Notes under the pieces: generated by a model | Database searches by the model: none | Told to the model about the DNA's origin: nothing | Seen by the model: only the letters and a program-made list of their open reading frames with translations | Shown here: positions 1-8,846 of the stretch, piece after piece | How positions within the stretch are numbered: the stretch's first letter is position 1 | Layout of the letters: each line of letters opens with the position of its first letter | NCBI GenBank assembly: GCA_963820525.1 | Contig: CAWGAA010000002.1 | Coordinates: forward strand, 64,001-128,000 | DNA from: an uncultured Spirochaetota bacterium | GTDB lineage: Bacteria; Spirochaetota; Spirochaetia; SZUA-6; Fen-1364 | DNA: 64,000 nucleotides | Direction: 5' to 3' | Program-made: the position numbers and the translations under genes

Positions 1-101
1 CCTTCGTATTTTTCCCGCTGATTCTTGGTCGTAGTTGTGATCGGGCATCCCGCAAAGCATACTGCGAGAACGACGGCCCCCAAGAAAAGGAGCCTTCTCA
101 T
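1..101 (-). CDS. Lipoprotein, N-terminal part (runs off window)
   Basis: Read by eye: GGAGG RBS, then MRRLLFLGAVVLAVCFAGCPITTTTKNQREKYEG, a signal peptide with an FAGC lipobox. Confidence 0.7.
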   Translation of the reverse strand, partial: MRRLLFLGAVVLAVCFAGCPITTTTKNQREKYE

Positions 102-349
102 GATATTGCCTCCTTGATAGTCCTCCTGTTGGACCGAGCCAGTACGGGCAGGAGAGATTGAGCATGTGCAAGGCCTGCTCCAGCCTCGGCCACAGCACGC
201 CTGCCACCTTTTGAGAGACTGTCGCGTTCATATGCCCGAAGGAATAGCTTGCGTACGCAAAGGCTCGAGCAGTGAGCCCTGCAAGCGATTGGCAATCTCC
301 TAGCGGTACTCGCCAGTGCAGCCATCTCTGAGATGGACTCCAGCTCAGC

Positions 350-592
350 TTAGAGCTCCTGAAAACCAAACAAGAGTCCCTGCCGAAGGGAGAGATTTTC
401 CAGACCCAGTGGGACGTATTCCACAGCACGTTTCCCACCGTCCCCCAGGAGGGATGGATCTGCCTCAGCGCAGAGAGGAACTGTCAGCCAAGGGAAAAGA
501 ATATAAGAGAATGGAGACGGGGCCCTAGCATCTTCCGAAAAGACGGTTCCAACAGATGCGGCTGGAATCAGGAAAAGCGCAACCTTCTTCAT
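350..592 (-). pseudogene. Possible remnant of an exported protein
   Basis: MKKVALFLIPAASVGTVFSED resembles a signal peptide; ORF is short with no recognisable domain. Confidence 0.3.
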
Positions 593-1027
593 ATTGCCCC
601 CGAAAGAGTTTTCCGGCTTTTCTGGCACCTTGATCCAAAGCGGCACGCACCTATTTGGCTAGTCGAATATTATAGTGCAAAGCATCTCACATTGCAATGC
701 CCTCTGCCGCCCAGCCTGAGCGGGCGAGCTGAAAGCCCTGAGCGGCGCCGCCTGTCACGCGGCACGCCCTGAACCTGCGCCCCGAGGATTCGATGCTGGA
801 CGCCCTGGGCATTCTCTTCGAGGCGGACTATACCACGGAGGGGCCGGCTGATCGGACGCGTGAGCGCTCGCACAAGAAAGAAGCCGTTCGGGTGGAGAAG
901 GACGGCCTGATGCCGGACGCGGAGCAGCCTTCGGTTTCTGCGCCGGAGGCGTGAGCGAGGGCGTTCCGCCCGCGGGAAGAGGCGCGCGGCAAGATTGCCG
1001 CGCCGGTGCCTGCGGCGATCCGAACGG

Positions 1028-1320
1028 CTACGGCGCGCAGAATGCGTTGAAGGTCTTGAACATCTTCTCGAAGCTGGCGAGTGTGGTCGCGGATATCTCT
1101 TCAGCCAGGGAAGCGCTGTTCTCCGCGAAGTACCTGGCCGGCCGGGTGGGGTCGAACTTCGGCTTTGCGGTCTGAACAATCGATTCGAAAGAGCGTGAAA
1201 AGGCCTCCGTCATCCGCACGCCGCCGCCCTTCAGCTGGCTCTTCTTGATCAGTTTTTCCAGCTCGCTTCGATACTCCTGGTTCACCAGGTTGAGGTAGAA
1301 ATCCTTGTCGAACATGTCTT
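1028..1320 (-). pseudogene. Detached 3' end of the OLD-like ATPase/TOPRIM gene
   Basis: DMFDKDFYLNLVNQEY...SFESIVQT is nearly identical to the protein encoded at 26833-26985 and continues AKPKFDPTRPARYF...FNAFCAP* to a natural-looking stop. Confidence 0.8.
1168..1320. repeat. 153-bp direct repeat, copy 1 (copy 2 at 26833-26985)
   Basis: Manual alignment: 7 mismatches, no gaps. Confidence 0.95.
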
Positions 1321-3008
1321 TGAACTTGCAGGGACTTGCAATGGCTTGTAGGGAGTGCGAAAAAAATAATGTCACAGATAATGTAACAGCTATGGTGAGG
1401 TGATGACACCCACAAGGCAAGCGCGGCGTTTCTGGGGCCGTTGGCTCCCTGTGTGGCAGATCAGCTGGCCTTTGCTCTGGAGACGGCGTCACCCTGCACC
1501 TATCGGCAGCGGGGCGCCAGTACGCTCCAAAGTTTATTTCAGAGGCACTTCGCCGAATTTTGCGCGCGCTACGAAGCCGACTACGCCCGCCGCCTGGGAT
1601 GGATCCGCCTGGAGAGGATCCGCAGGGTAGTCCAGCGTTTCCTGGACTGCGGGAACTACACCAGGGGCGTGGCAAGGATCCAGTGCACGAATCCTAACTG
1701 CAAGTCGGAGTACTTCCGGCCCTTCTCCTGCAAGACGTTCTATATCTGCCCGTCTTGTTCGCAGAAACGCACGCTGCTGTTCGCCGAGTACATGAACGAG
1801 CGGCTCATGCTTCGGTTGCCCCACAGGCAATTCGTCTTCACCCTGCCCAAGGTCCTGCGGGTGTTCTTCCGACATGACCGGCAGCTCCACGGTGAGATCA
1901 GCCGACTCATCCATCGCCTCCTGCAAGACTTCTTCACGGCGGCCGCAGGCATGAGGATCCGCACCGGCGGTGTCATTGCATTTCAGACCTCAGGGGAGTT
2001 CGTGAGATGGAACCCGCACTGGCACGGGTTGTTCCTTGAAGGAGGCTTCGACCGCAACGGTCGATTCGTTCACATCCCCACGATGAACCTTGCGAAGATG
2101 AGCGCCTGCTTCCGCCACAGAGTTGTGGAGTTCTTCCGCCAGCGACAGCTGTTGAACGAGCGCTTGGCAAAGAACATGCTGGAGTGGACCCACTCGGGAT
2201 TTAGTGTCGACGGCTCCGTCGGCATCCCCGCAGGCTCCCCGAAAGCGCGCGAAGCCCTCTCGCAGTACATCGCGCGGCCGCCTGTCTCGCTTAAGAAGCT
2301 TCTCGTGGAGGAGGGCGGCACAGACAGCGTCCTGTACTACACTGCCTACAACGACTATTTCCGAACAAACGCCAAGCGGTTCTCCGCCTCTGACTTCTTG
2401 GCCGAACTCCTCCAGCACCTCCCAGAGCCCCGCACGAGGTTGATCCGTGCCTACGGATTGTACTCCTCACGCGCTCGGGGTACGTGGCTGCGGATGCCCT
2501 ACCTTGTACGTCTCGCCCCTGAGGGGTGGAAGCAGGATCATTCGCCTCCGCCTTCAGCTTGTGTCGGTGCCCCCGGCGAGCCCCAACCGGACTGTTCGGT
2601 CTCCGCGATGGAGTGCCGCTCCGCGTGGGCTCGCCTTATTGCGAAGGTCTACGAGGTCGATCCCTTGGTCTGTCTCAGCTGCGGCGCAGCGATGCGCGTC
2701 TTGGCCGTCATCACCGAGCCGCAGCAGGTCCTCAAGATCCTGCGCCACCTCGTGAAGATCGGTACGCCGCCACCCGGCTTAGACCCTGCTTCCCTCAACT
2801 GACCCTTGTCTTCTTAGCAAGCCTGGGGCACCTATGAACAGTGTCGAGAGCCCATTTCTCGTCGTTCCCTTTTGTGGGACTAGTCTGGCTTTTCTTTATG
2901 CCCGAAGGCCGCGTAGCCCTATCTGTTGGGTTGCAACCGCACTCCGGGCGAGCTCGTCCCGCCAGTCGCTTGCTATGCCCAGACAACACCCTTATAGTAG
3001 TTCCTATC
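1321..3008 (+). mobile_element. IS91/ISCR-family rolling-circle insertion sequence
   Basis: Contains a Y2 HUH transposase. The right end ...CTTATAGTAGTTCCTATC is followed by GTTC (3009-3012), matching the TTCCTAT oriIS core and the GTTC/CTTG target rule. Left end is approximate. Confidence 0.75.
1441..2802 (+). CDS. IS91-family (Y2) transposase with zinc-binding domain
   Basis: PFSCKTFYICPSC Zn motif, HRQFVFTLP, HUH motif NPHWHGL, catalytic YIARPP, C-terminal WARLIAKVYEVDPLVCLSCG. Start may be GTG 1453. Confidence 0.92.
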   Translation: MAPCVADQLAFALETASPCTYRQRGASTLQSLFQRHFAEFCARYEADYARRLGWIRLERIRRVVQRFLDCGNYTRGVARIQCTNPNCKSEYFRPFSCKTFYICPSCSQKRTLLFAEYMNERLMLRLPHRQFVFTLPKVLRVFFRHDRQLHGEISRLIHRLLQDFFTAAAGMRIRTGGVIAFQTSGEFVRWNPHWHGLFLEGGFDRNGRFVHIPTMNLAKMSACFRHRVVEFFRQRQLLNERLAKNMLEWTHSGFSVDGSVGIPAGSPKAREALSQYIARPPVSLKKLLVEEGGTDSVLYYTAYNDYFRTNAKRFSASDFLAELLQHLPEPRTRLIRAYGLYSSRARGTWLRMPYLVRLAPEGWKQDHSPPPSACVGAPGEPQPDCSVSAMECRSAWARLIAKVYEVDPLVCLSCGAAMRVLAVITEPQQVLKILRHLVKIGTPPPGLDPASLN

Positions 3009-3879
3009 GTTCGTCCGGATTCAGCTCAGGAGCGTACGGAGGAAAGTACTCCACATGAAGCCGAGAAGTTTTTCGGCATAACTCAAGAATGGGCACCTCC
3101 TCGATGCGTGTTACTATTGTCCAGTAGCGCGATGACGTGCCCACGGAGATGGCGCAGAACCTGCCTGAGAAATACCGTGACTTCTTCCTGTCTGATATTA
3201 TCCCAGAAGAATAGACCGTAAAGCCCAAGCCACCTGCGGGTAGGACTTACCGACGCACCAGAGATGATCGATATGCGTTCATTGGAAAAGCGATGGCGCA
3301 TGAAGGGTGTCTGGCCTACAGGTGCCCACGTCTTTCTTATACTGGGAGTCAACATAAAGCCCGATTCATCGATGAAAATCAGGTAGGCGCCCAGCCAAGT
3401 GGCGTTTTTTTTATCCTATTCCAGTTCTTAGTTTTCCACTCCTGGATGGCAGCCTCGTTTCGCTGCAGAGCACGCCTCTCGGGCTTTTGTGGGCTCCAAC
3501 CCAAAGCATGCATAAGCCGTCCGACATGGGTATAGTGATATCTGATGCTGAATTTCTTCTCGATAAGTGTTGAGATCCGTCGTGTGGTCCAGATATCCGT
3601 CTGCCATCCAAATGCTATTGGTCCTTGAAGTAAGTAGCGTAACAACTGAGCTTTCTGCTTTGTATTCATTTTTGTCGGACGGCCAGGGGAAGCAAGAACT
3701 CTCAATCCTTCTTCTCCGTTTCTATTCCATCGATCACGCCAGCGCATTACAGAACTGGCGTTACATCCTATCTGGCGAGCTATTTCGTTTAGTGAGAGCT
3801 CCTCTTCAAGCAGGGCGATCGCTTTGAGACGGCGAGATCGCAATACATCAGCTGAACCTTTTAGCCTCATGATGAACAT
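3009..3879 (-). pseudogene. IS630 transposase: programmed -1 frameshift, an extra frameshift near 3095, truncated at 3009
   Basis: ORFs 3379-3879, 3083-3355 and 3004-3228 together give HTH plus DDE motifs. Confidence 0.85.
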
Positions 3880-3930
3880 CCCCTCCCAGGGTGTTCATAT
3901 TATATTGCATTATATATGCTACAATCAATA
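3009..3930 (-). mobile_element. Truncated IS630-family element
   Basis: HTH ORF 3379-3879, A8 slippery site (T8 at 3405-3412 on +), DDE frame IFIDESG...LLDNSNTH...PPYAPELNPDE. One end TATTGATTGTAGCATATATAATGC (minus) at ~3930; other end absent. Confidence 0.88.
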
Positions 3931-4095
3931 GTCGGTCAGGAATAGGAAACAGACCCCTATTCTTCATAGATATTTTGACTTATGCTGGACCAGTCTCGCA
4001 AGACGCCCCCCCAAAAAAGATCTGAGGTTCTCGCCCGGGTCCGTATAAAGCCCCTGCCAGCCGACCTTTATCGCTGCATATCCTTCTTGCCGAGT

Positions 4096-6276
4096 TCATC
4101 TGCTACGTACCACGAAGCGCGCTTTCAAAGCCTGTTGATCCAGGGAATGCGCTCCGACGAATAGCTCATATTCGAGCGGCTCCACAACGAAGTCTGCCCG
4201 GGTCTCATCATAGTAGGCCAGCCGAGATATCGGCACGCTGAATTGGACGGTCTTGGTTTGGCCGGGCTGCAGGGCAATTCGGGCGAACGCCTTGAGCTCT
4301 TTGGGTGCCCGCTCCACCGCTGACTCAATGGGCGAGACGTAGAGCTGCACCACTTCCTCGCCGGCGTGTGCCCCAATGTTGGAGACATCCAGGTTCACTT
4401 TCAAAGTGCTTGATGGACCGAGTCGCTTCCGGGCGAGCCTCAAGTCGGCATAGCGGTAGCGGGTGTAGCTGAGGCCGAAGCCAAAGGGGAAAGCCGGCGT
4501 GTTGCCATCTCGTTCCAGCTTGCGGTAGCCGTGCCATAGGTCGTATTCGATTTCGGCTGCATTCTTGTCGAAAAAGGGGAGATCTTCAACCCGTTGGGGG
4601 ATGACAAATGGCAGCTTTCCGCTTGGGTTGACCCGACCCAGCAGAATATCGACCAGTGCGTGACCGCCTTCCATGCCGGGGTACCAGAGCAAAAGAACGG
4701 CCGCTACTCGTTCGCGCCATGATTCCATCAACACGCAGCTGCCGCCCAGAATCGCGACAACGGTCCGCGGATTCGCGGAGGCGACCGCCAGGATCAAATG
4801 CTCATCTTCTGCGTGAAGGGTGAGCCGGTCACGGTCGCCGCCTGTTAAAATTGCGTCGGCCGGCTGTCCGACCAGGCTCTGCATGTACCTCTGAGCCGCA
4901 GGCGCCTCCTCCGGGGCAGGTGGGGGGAACAGCGCAGCCAGTCTCTGCATCGTGCTCGGATCAAGGAACTCACCTTCGTCGTTGTGGGTATAGCCGACAA
5001 TCAGCACGACTGCGTCAGCGGCCCGGGCCGTGGCTGCGGCTCGCTCAAGATCGCTGCCGTCGTCGTACAGCACGTCCGCCTGACCCTTGAGCGCAGCCTG
5101 AATCCCTGCCAGCGGGGTCACCACGTACGCGGGGCGGGTGCTGCTGGAGCCGGTGTCGCCTGTATTTGGCGTACCGGCCAGCCGGCCGATCACGGCCAAT
5201 TTCTTCAGCTTTTTCAGCGGGAGCAGATTCCCCTTGTTTTGCAGCAGCACGATGGACTTGTTCGCCGCTTCACGCGCCAGCGCGCGGTGGCTCTCGCGGC
5301 CGATCTGCGCTGCATCGTAGACGTTCGGCCGCACCAAACGCAGTTGTTGGCGCAGCAGACGCAGCACGGCATCGTTCACCCGCTCCAGCGGGACTTGGCC
5401 GTCCTCGACCAGGCGTTTCAGGTGTCGGTGAAAGTGCATCTGAAAAGGCATTTCCAGGTCTTGCCCGGCCAGCGCCGCTTTTTGCGCATCGCGCACGCAG
5501 AACTGGAAGTCGGACAACACGTATCCCTTGAAGCCCCACTGCTTCTTGAGGATGTCGGTCAGCAGGACCTTGTTCTGCCCGCACCATTCCCCATTGACGC
5601 TGTTGTAGGCGCTCATCACCGCCGCCACCCCTTCATCCACCACGCGTTTGAAGTGGGCCAGGTAGACCTCGTGGAGCGCCCGGGGGCTTATGCGCACGTT
5701 GACCTTGAAACGAGCATTCTCCATCGAGTTGAGCGCAAAGTGCTTCGCACAGGCCATGGCGTGTTTCTGTACGCCCCGTGTGAGAGCAGCGCCCATCTCA
5801 CCCAGGTGATACGGGTCCTCGCCGTACGTTTCCTGGGCGCGTCCCCAGGCGGGATGTCGAAGCAGGTTGATGCAGACCCCGCCAAACAAGGTGCCGCCGT
5901 GAGCCCGCAGCTCGCGCCCAATGACTTCACCGACACGTTCTTCCAACGCCACGTCCCACGACGCCCCTCGGGCCATGGAGACCGGGAAAGTGGTGGCTCC
6001 CTTCATGACCACGCCGCGAGGGCCGTCCACAAAACGGATGCCGGGGATGCCCAGGCGAGAAACGACGCCGGCATTCCACGGATGGTCGGCGTACCCCCCG
6101 TTCATCATATCCAGCAGCCCGGGCCAGAAAGCGACGTCGCCGTCCATCATCTCGATTTTTTCATCCAACGAAAGCTGCTCCAACAGTTCGTGCGCCTTGG
6201 CCTCAATCTGCTTGCCGGAGAGTTCCTTCGCCGATGCAGAGCGGGCAAACGCTGCTTGATCATTGATCTTGGTCAT
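4096..6276 (-). CDS. GH3 beta-glucosidase/xylosidase
   Basis: DGPRG, WGRAQETYGEDP, CAKHFA, VMSAYN, VLSDF nucleophile, FPFGFGLSY, Fn3-like tail; GGAGG before MTKIND. Confidence 0.95.
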   Translation of the reverse strand: MTKINDQAAFARSASAKELSGKQIEAKAHELLEQLSLDEKIEMMDGDVAFWPGLLDMMNGGYADHPWNAGVVSRLGIPGIRFVDGPRGVVMKGATTFPVSMARGASWDVALEERVGEVIGRELRAHGGTLFGGVCINLLRHPAWGRAQETYGEDPYHLGEMGAALTRGVQKHAMACAKHFALNSMENARFKVNVRISPRALHEVYLAHFKRVVDEGVAAVMSAYNSVNGEWCGQNKVLLTDILKKQWGFKGYVLSDFQFCVRDAQKAALAGQDLEMPFQMHFHRHLKRLVEDGQVPLERVNDAVLRLLRQQLRLVRPNVYDAAQIGRESHRALAREAANKSIVLLQNKGNLLPLKKLKKLAVIGRLAGTPNTGDTGSSSTRPAYVVTPLAGIQAALKGQADVLYDDGSDLERAAATARAADAVVLIVGYTHNDEGEFLDPSTMQRLAALFPPPAPEEAPAAQRYMQSLVGQPADAILTGGDRDRLTLHAEDEHLILAVASANPRTVVAILGGSCVLMESWRERVAAVLLLWYPGMEGGHALVDILLGRVNPSGKLPFVIPQRVEDLPFFDKNAAEIEYDLWHGYRKLERDGNTPAFPFGFGLSYTRYRYADLRLARKRLGPSSTLKVNLDVSNIGAHAGEEVVQLYVSPIESAVERAPKELKAFARIALQPGQTKTVQFSVPISRLAYYDETRADFVVEPLEYELFVGAHSLDQQALKARFVVRSR

Positions 6277-6321
6277 GAATAAACCTCCCAGGTTCAATAA
6301 TCTTTCACCTTGAATGGTGAT

Positions 6322-8754
6322 TCACTCCTGGCCCACGGGCACCTGGTAGGTCTTCCCCGGGTCGGTGCTGAGCTCGACGGGCTTGAGACCCGGCCCGTGG
6401 ATACGGCACGGGCCGCCAAGGGTCGAGCGCACCTCACACCGGGCCAGCTCACCGAGCTTCCATTGGAAGGATACCTCGAACCCTCCTCGCGCCCGTAATC
6501 CGCTGACCCTGCCTTCGGTCCAGGACCCCGGAACGGCCGGGAGGAGCTCGATGCGGCCGTCATGGCTCTGGAGGAGCATCTCGGCGATGCCTGCTCCAAG
6601 GCCGAAGGCGCAGTCCAGCTGCATGTGCTGTTCGGTCATGAGGTTGGCGCCGAGGCTCCGGCAGCTTTCCCTGACCATCTGGCCCGCTTGCTCACGTTCC
6701 TTGAGCCGGGCGAAGAGGGCCACGGACCACGCCGCCGGCCAGCCCCACTTGAATGCACCGTGGGCGAAGCGGCGGAACATGCTCTTCCTGCACGCCTCGT
6801 AGAGCTCTGGATTTCGATGAGGCGTGAATAGCTCTCCAGGGTACAGGCCGTACATGTGGGAGACGTGTCCCATGCCGGGCATGCACTCTGCGAAGTCGAA
6901 GCACCACTCCTGAAGCTGCCCGTAGCGTCCCACTTTGAAAGGATAAAGACGCTCCATGGCTCGCTCGATCTTCTTGTGGAGATCGCTGCGGCGTCCCAGC
7001 ATCTCGGCTCCGCGGAGGCAGTGTTCGAACACCTCGCGGATGATCGTGAGGTCCATGGTCGACGACTTGCTCACCGCGCTGGTGCGTTGATGCACCGCCA
7101 TGCGGTTTTCCGGTGACATGGCGAGCAGAAACTCCTTCTCCTGCGCCGCTTGCTCATCGAGGAAGAAGTTGTTCTCCGGAGAGGTCGACGGCGCGGTGGA
7201 AAGGTACCCCTCCTCGTCCTCGACCAGGAACCCCAGGAAGAAGCGCGATGCATCTTCAATGATCGGATAGGCGCGCCGGGACAGGAACTCGGTATCCCCC
7301 GTGTGCTCGACGTGCCGCCACAGGTGCTGGCACAGCCACCCTGCGGCCATGGGCCACCACGACCAGCTTGGAAGCCCGGCACACGGAGTGGTCTTCCGCC
7401 AAAGGTCGATATTGTGGTGCGCCACCCAGCCATCCAGCCCGTACCACTCCCGCGCCGTGCGCTTGCCGCTTTCTGCTGCTTCGGCCACCAGGTCGAACAG
7501 CGGCTCATGGCACTCCGGCAGACCCAGCACCTCGGCCCCCCAGTAGTTCATCTCCACGTTGATGTTGGTGGTGTAGTTGCTCGACCACGGCGGCCGCACC
7601 AGGTCGTTCCAGATCCCCTGCAGGTTGGCGGCCTGCGTGCCGGGGCGTGAGCTGGCGATCAGGAGGTAGCGGGTGTACTGGAGAGCCAGACCCGCGAAGG
7701 AGGGATCCTCCAGGGTCCCTGCCTGCTGAAAGGCGAGGCGCATGCTGGTGGGCAGAGCGGCCATTGTGGAAGGGCCGATGGAGATGTCGACGCGCCGGAA
7801 GAGCGCGCGATGGTCCGCGATGTGCCGTTCCAGCAGCTGGTCCCATGTGCGGGAGCGCACGCTATCAAGCGTCTGGAGGCAGCGCGAGACCACGTGATCG
7901 ACGTCGCGCATGCGCTCCCTGCCGCAGCCCTCATAGTTCGTATGGGCGGCCAGGAGCACGACTGCATGGCTCGCGCCGCTGACCAGGAGCCGGTCGGGAG
8001 CCGAGGTCACCTGACCGTCGGTTTCCACCACGCGTACAGAGGCGGCAAACCGGATGCTGGCGGACTCCTCCTCGGGGAGGTATACCACGGCGGGCCGAGC
8101 CGTCGAGTAGTCCGGCTCGCTCCAGTCCGGCGCACGGCCTGACAGGAGGAGCGTCGAGCCTCGGGTGCTACTTGCGTGGCAAAGCTCGCTCTCCAGGATC
8201 ACGGCCAAATCCATGGTTCCTGAATCCACCGAGAGGCGGAGGGCTACAACCTGGTCCGGCGCGCTCACGAAGCATTCCCGTCGGAACAGCCTCCCATCCT
8301 CGCGGTACTCCACAGCGGCCATGGCGGAGTCAAGGTCAAGCCAGCGTCGGTATCCCTGCGGCGGCTCGCGACGCATGCGCCTGAGGAACTCGCTCCCGGC
8401 AGAAGACTCCAGGCTCATGACCACGTGGAGCGTTCCCAGGGGCTCGTACGCCTGACCCCAACCGCCAAGCATGCGCTCCGCGACCAGGCGGTGCGCCTCC
8501 GCGAACTTGCGCTCGAAGACCAGCCGGCGCGCCTCTGGGAGGAGCTTCCAGGTATCCGGGTTCAGGAGGAAGGATTCGCTGCCGGACCAGAGGGTGTCCT
8601 CGTTGATGGCGATCCACTCGTCCGGCAGAGAGCCGAAGAGCGCCGCTCCAAGCCTGCCGTTTCCCAGCAGGTGCGAATCGACAAGGCGCGCGGCCGGCTC
8701 GGATTCCCACAGTATGAGCGAGTCAGCAGCAGCGGAGCTATGGTTGGGTTCCAT
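6322..8754 (-). CDS. GH95 alpha-L-fucosidase/galactosidase
   Basis: LGNGRLGA, NEDTLWSG, YLLIASSRPG, ANLQGIWN, YTTNINVEMNYW, STSPEN, AEMLLQSH, GLRARGG. Confidence 0.93.
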   Translation of the reverse strand: MEPNHSSAAADSLILWESEPAARLVDSHLLGNGRLGAALFGSLPDEWIAINEDTLWSGSESFLLNPDTWKLLPEARRLVFERKFAEAHRLVAERMLGGWGQAYEPLGTLHVVMSLESSAGSEFLRRMRREPPQGYRRWLDLDSAMAAVEYREDGRLFRRECFVSAPDQVVALRLSVDSGTMDLAVILESELCHASSTRGSTLLLSGRAPDWSEPDYSTARPAVVYLPEEESASIRFAASVRVVETDGQVTSAPDRLLVSGASHAVVLLAAHTNYEGCGRERMRDVDHVVSRCLQTLDSVRSRTWDQLLERHIADHRALFRRVDISIGPSTMAALPTSMRLAFQQAGTLEDPSFAGLALQYTRYLLIASSRPGTQAANLQGIWNDLVRPPWSSNYTTNINVEMNYWGAEVLGLPECHEPLFDLVAEAAESGKRTAREWYGLDGWVAHHNIDLWRKTTPCAGLPSWSWWPMAAGWLCQHLWRHVEHTGDTEFLSRRAYPIIEDASRFFLGFLVEDEEGYLSTAPSTSPENNFFLDEQAAQEKEFLLAMSPENRMAVHQRTSAVSKSSTMDLTIIREVFEHCLRGAEMLGRRSDLHKKIERAMERLYPFKVGRYGQLQEWCFDFAECMPGMGHVSHMYGLYPGELFTPHRNPELYEACRKSMFRRFAHGAFKWGWPAAWSVALFARLKEREQAGQMVRESCRSLGANLMTEQHMQLDCAFGLGAGIAEMLLQSHDGRIELLPAVPGSWTEGRVSGLRARGGFEVSFQWKLGELARCEVRSTLGGPCRIHGPGLKPVELSTDPGKTYQVPVGQE

Positions 8755-8846
8755 GCGGCTCCTTCCATGCCATCGGGCGCTGCCCGGGCGCCCGCTGCGC
8801 AAGGACGTGCAGCGGGCCCCGGATCGCGCCTTCAGATACGTTGTGC

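Noticed and set aside
125..330. Riboswitch upstream of the first lipoprotein
   Set aside because: Only short hairpins; no aptamer consensus recognised.
670..1027. ORFs 670-1179, 951-1175 and 995-1198
   Set aside because: Arg/Pro-rich shadow frames with no motif; at most an unidentifiable fragment.
1366..1390. dif/XerCD site
   Set aside because: Shares ATAATGT with dif but is a direct repeat lacking the TTATGTTAAA arm.
3941..3961. Inverted second oriIS (ATAGGAA) within a small hairpin
   Set aside because: Only a 7-bp match, with no adjacent target tetramer.
4984..6282. Long antisense ORFs (also 9486-10598, 36120-37283, 50266-52257, 57068-58213, 60595-61764)
   Set aside because: They are mirror frames of well-supported genes, as expected in high-GC DNA.
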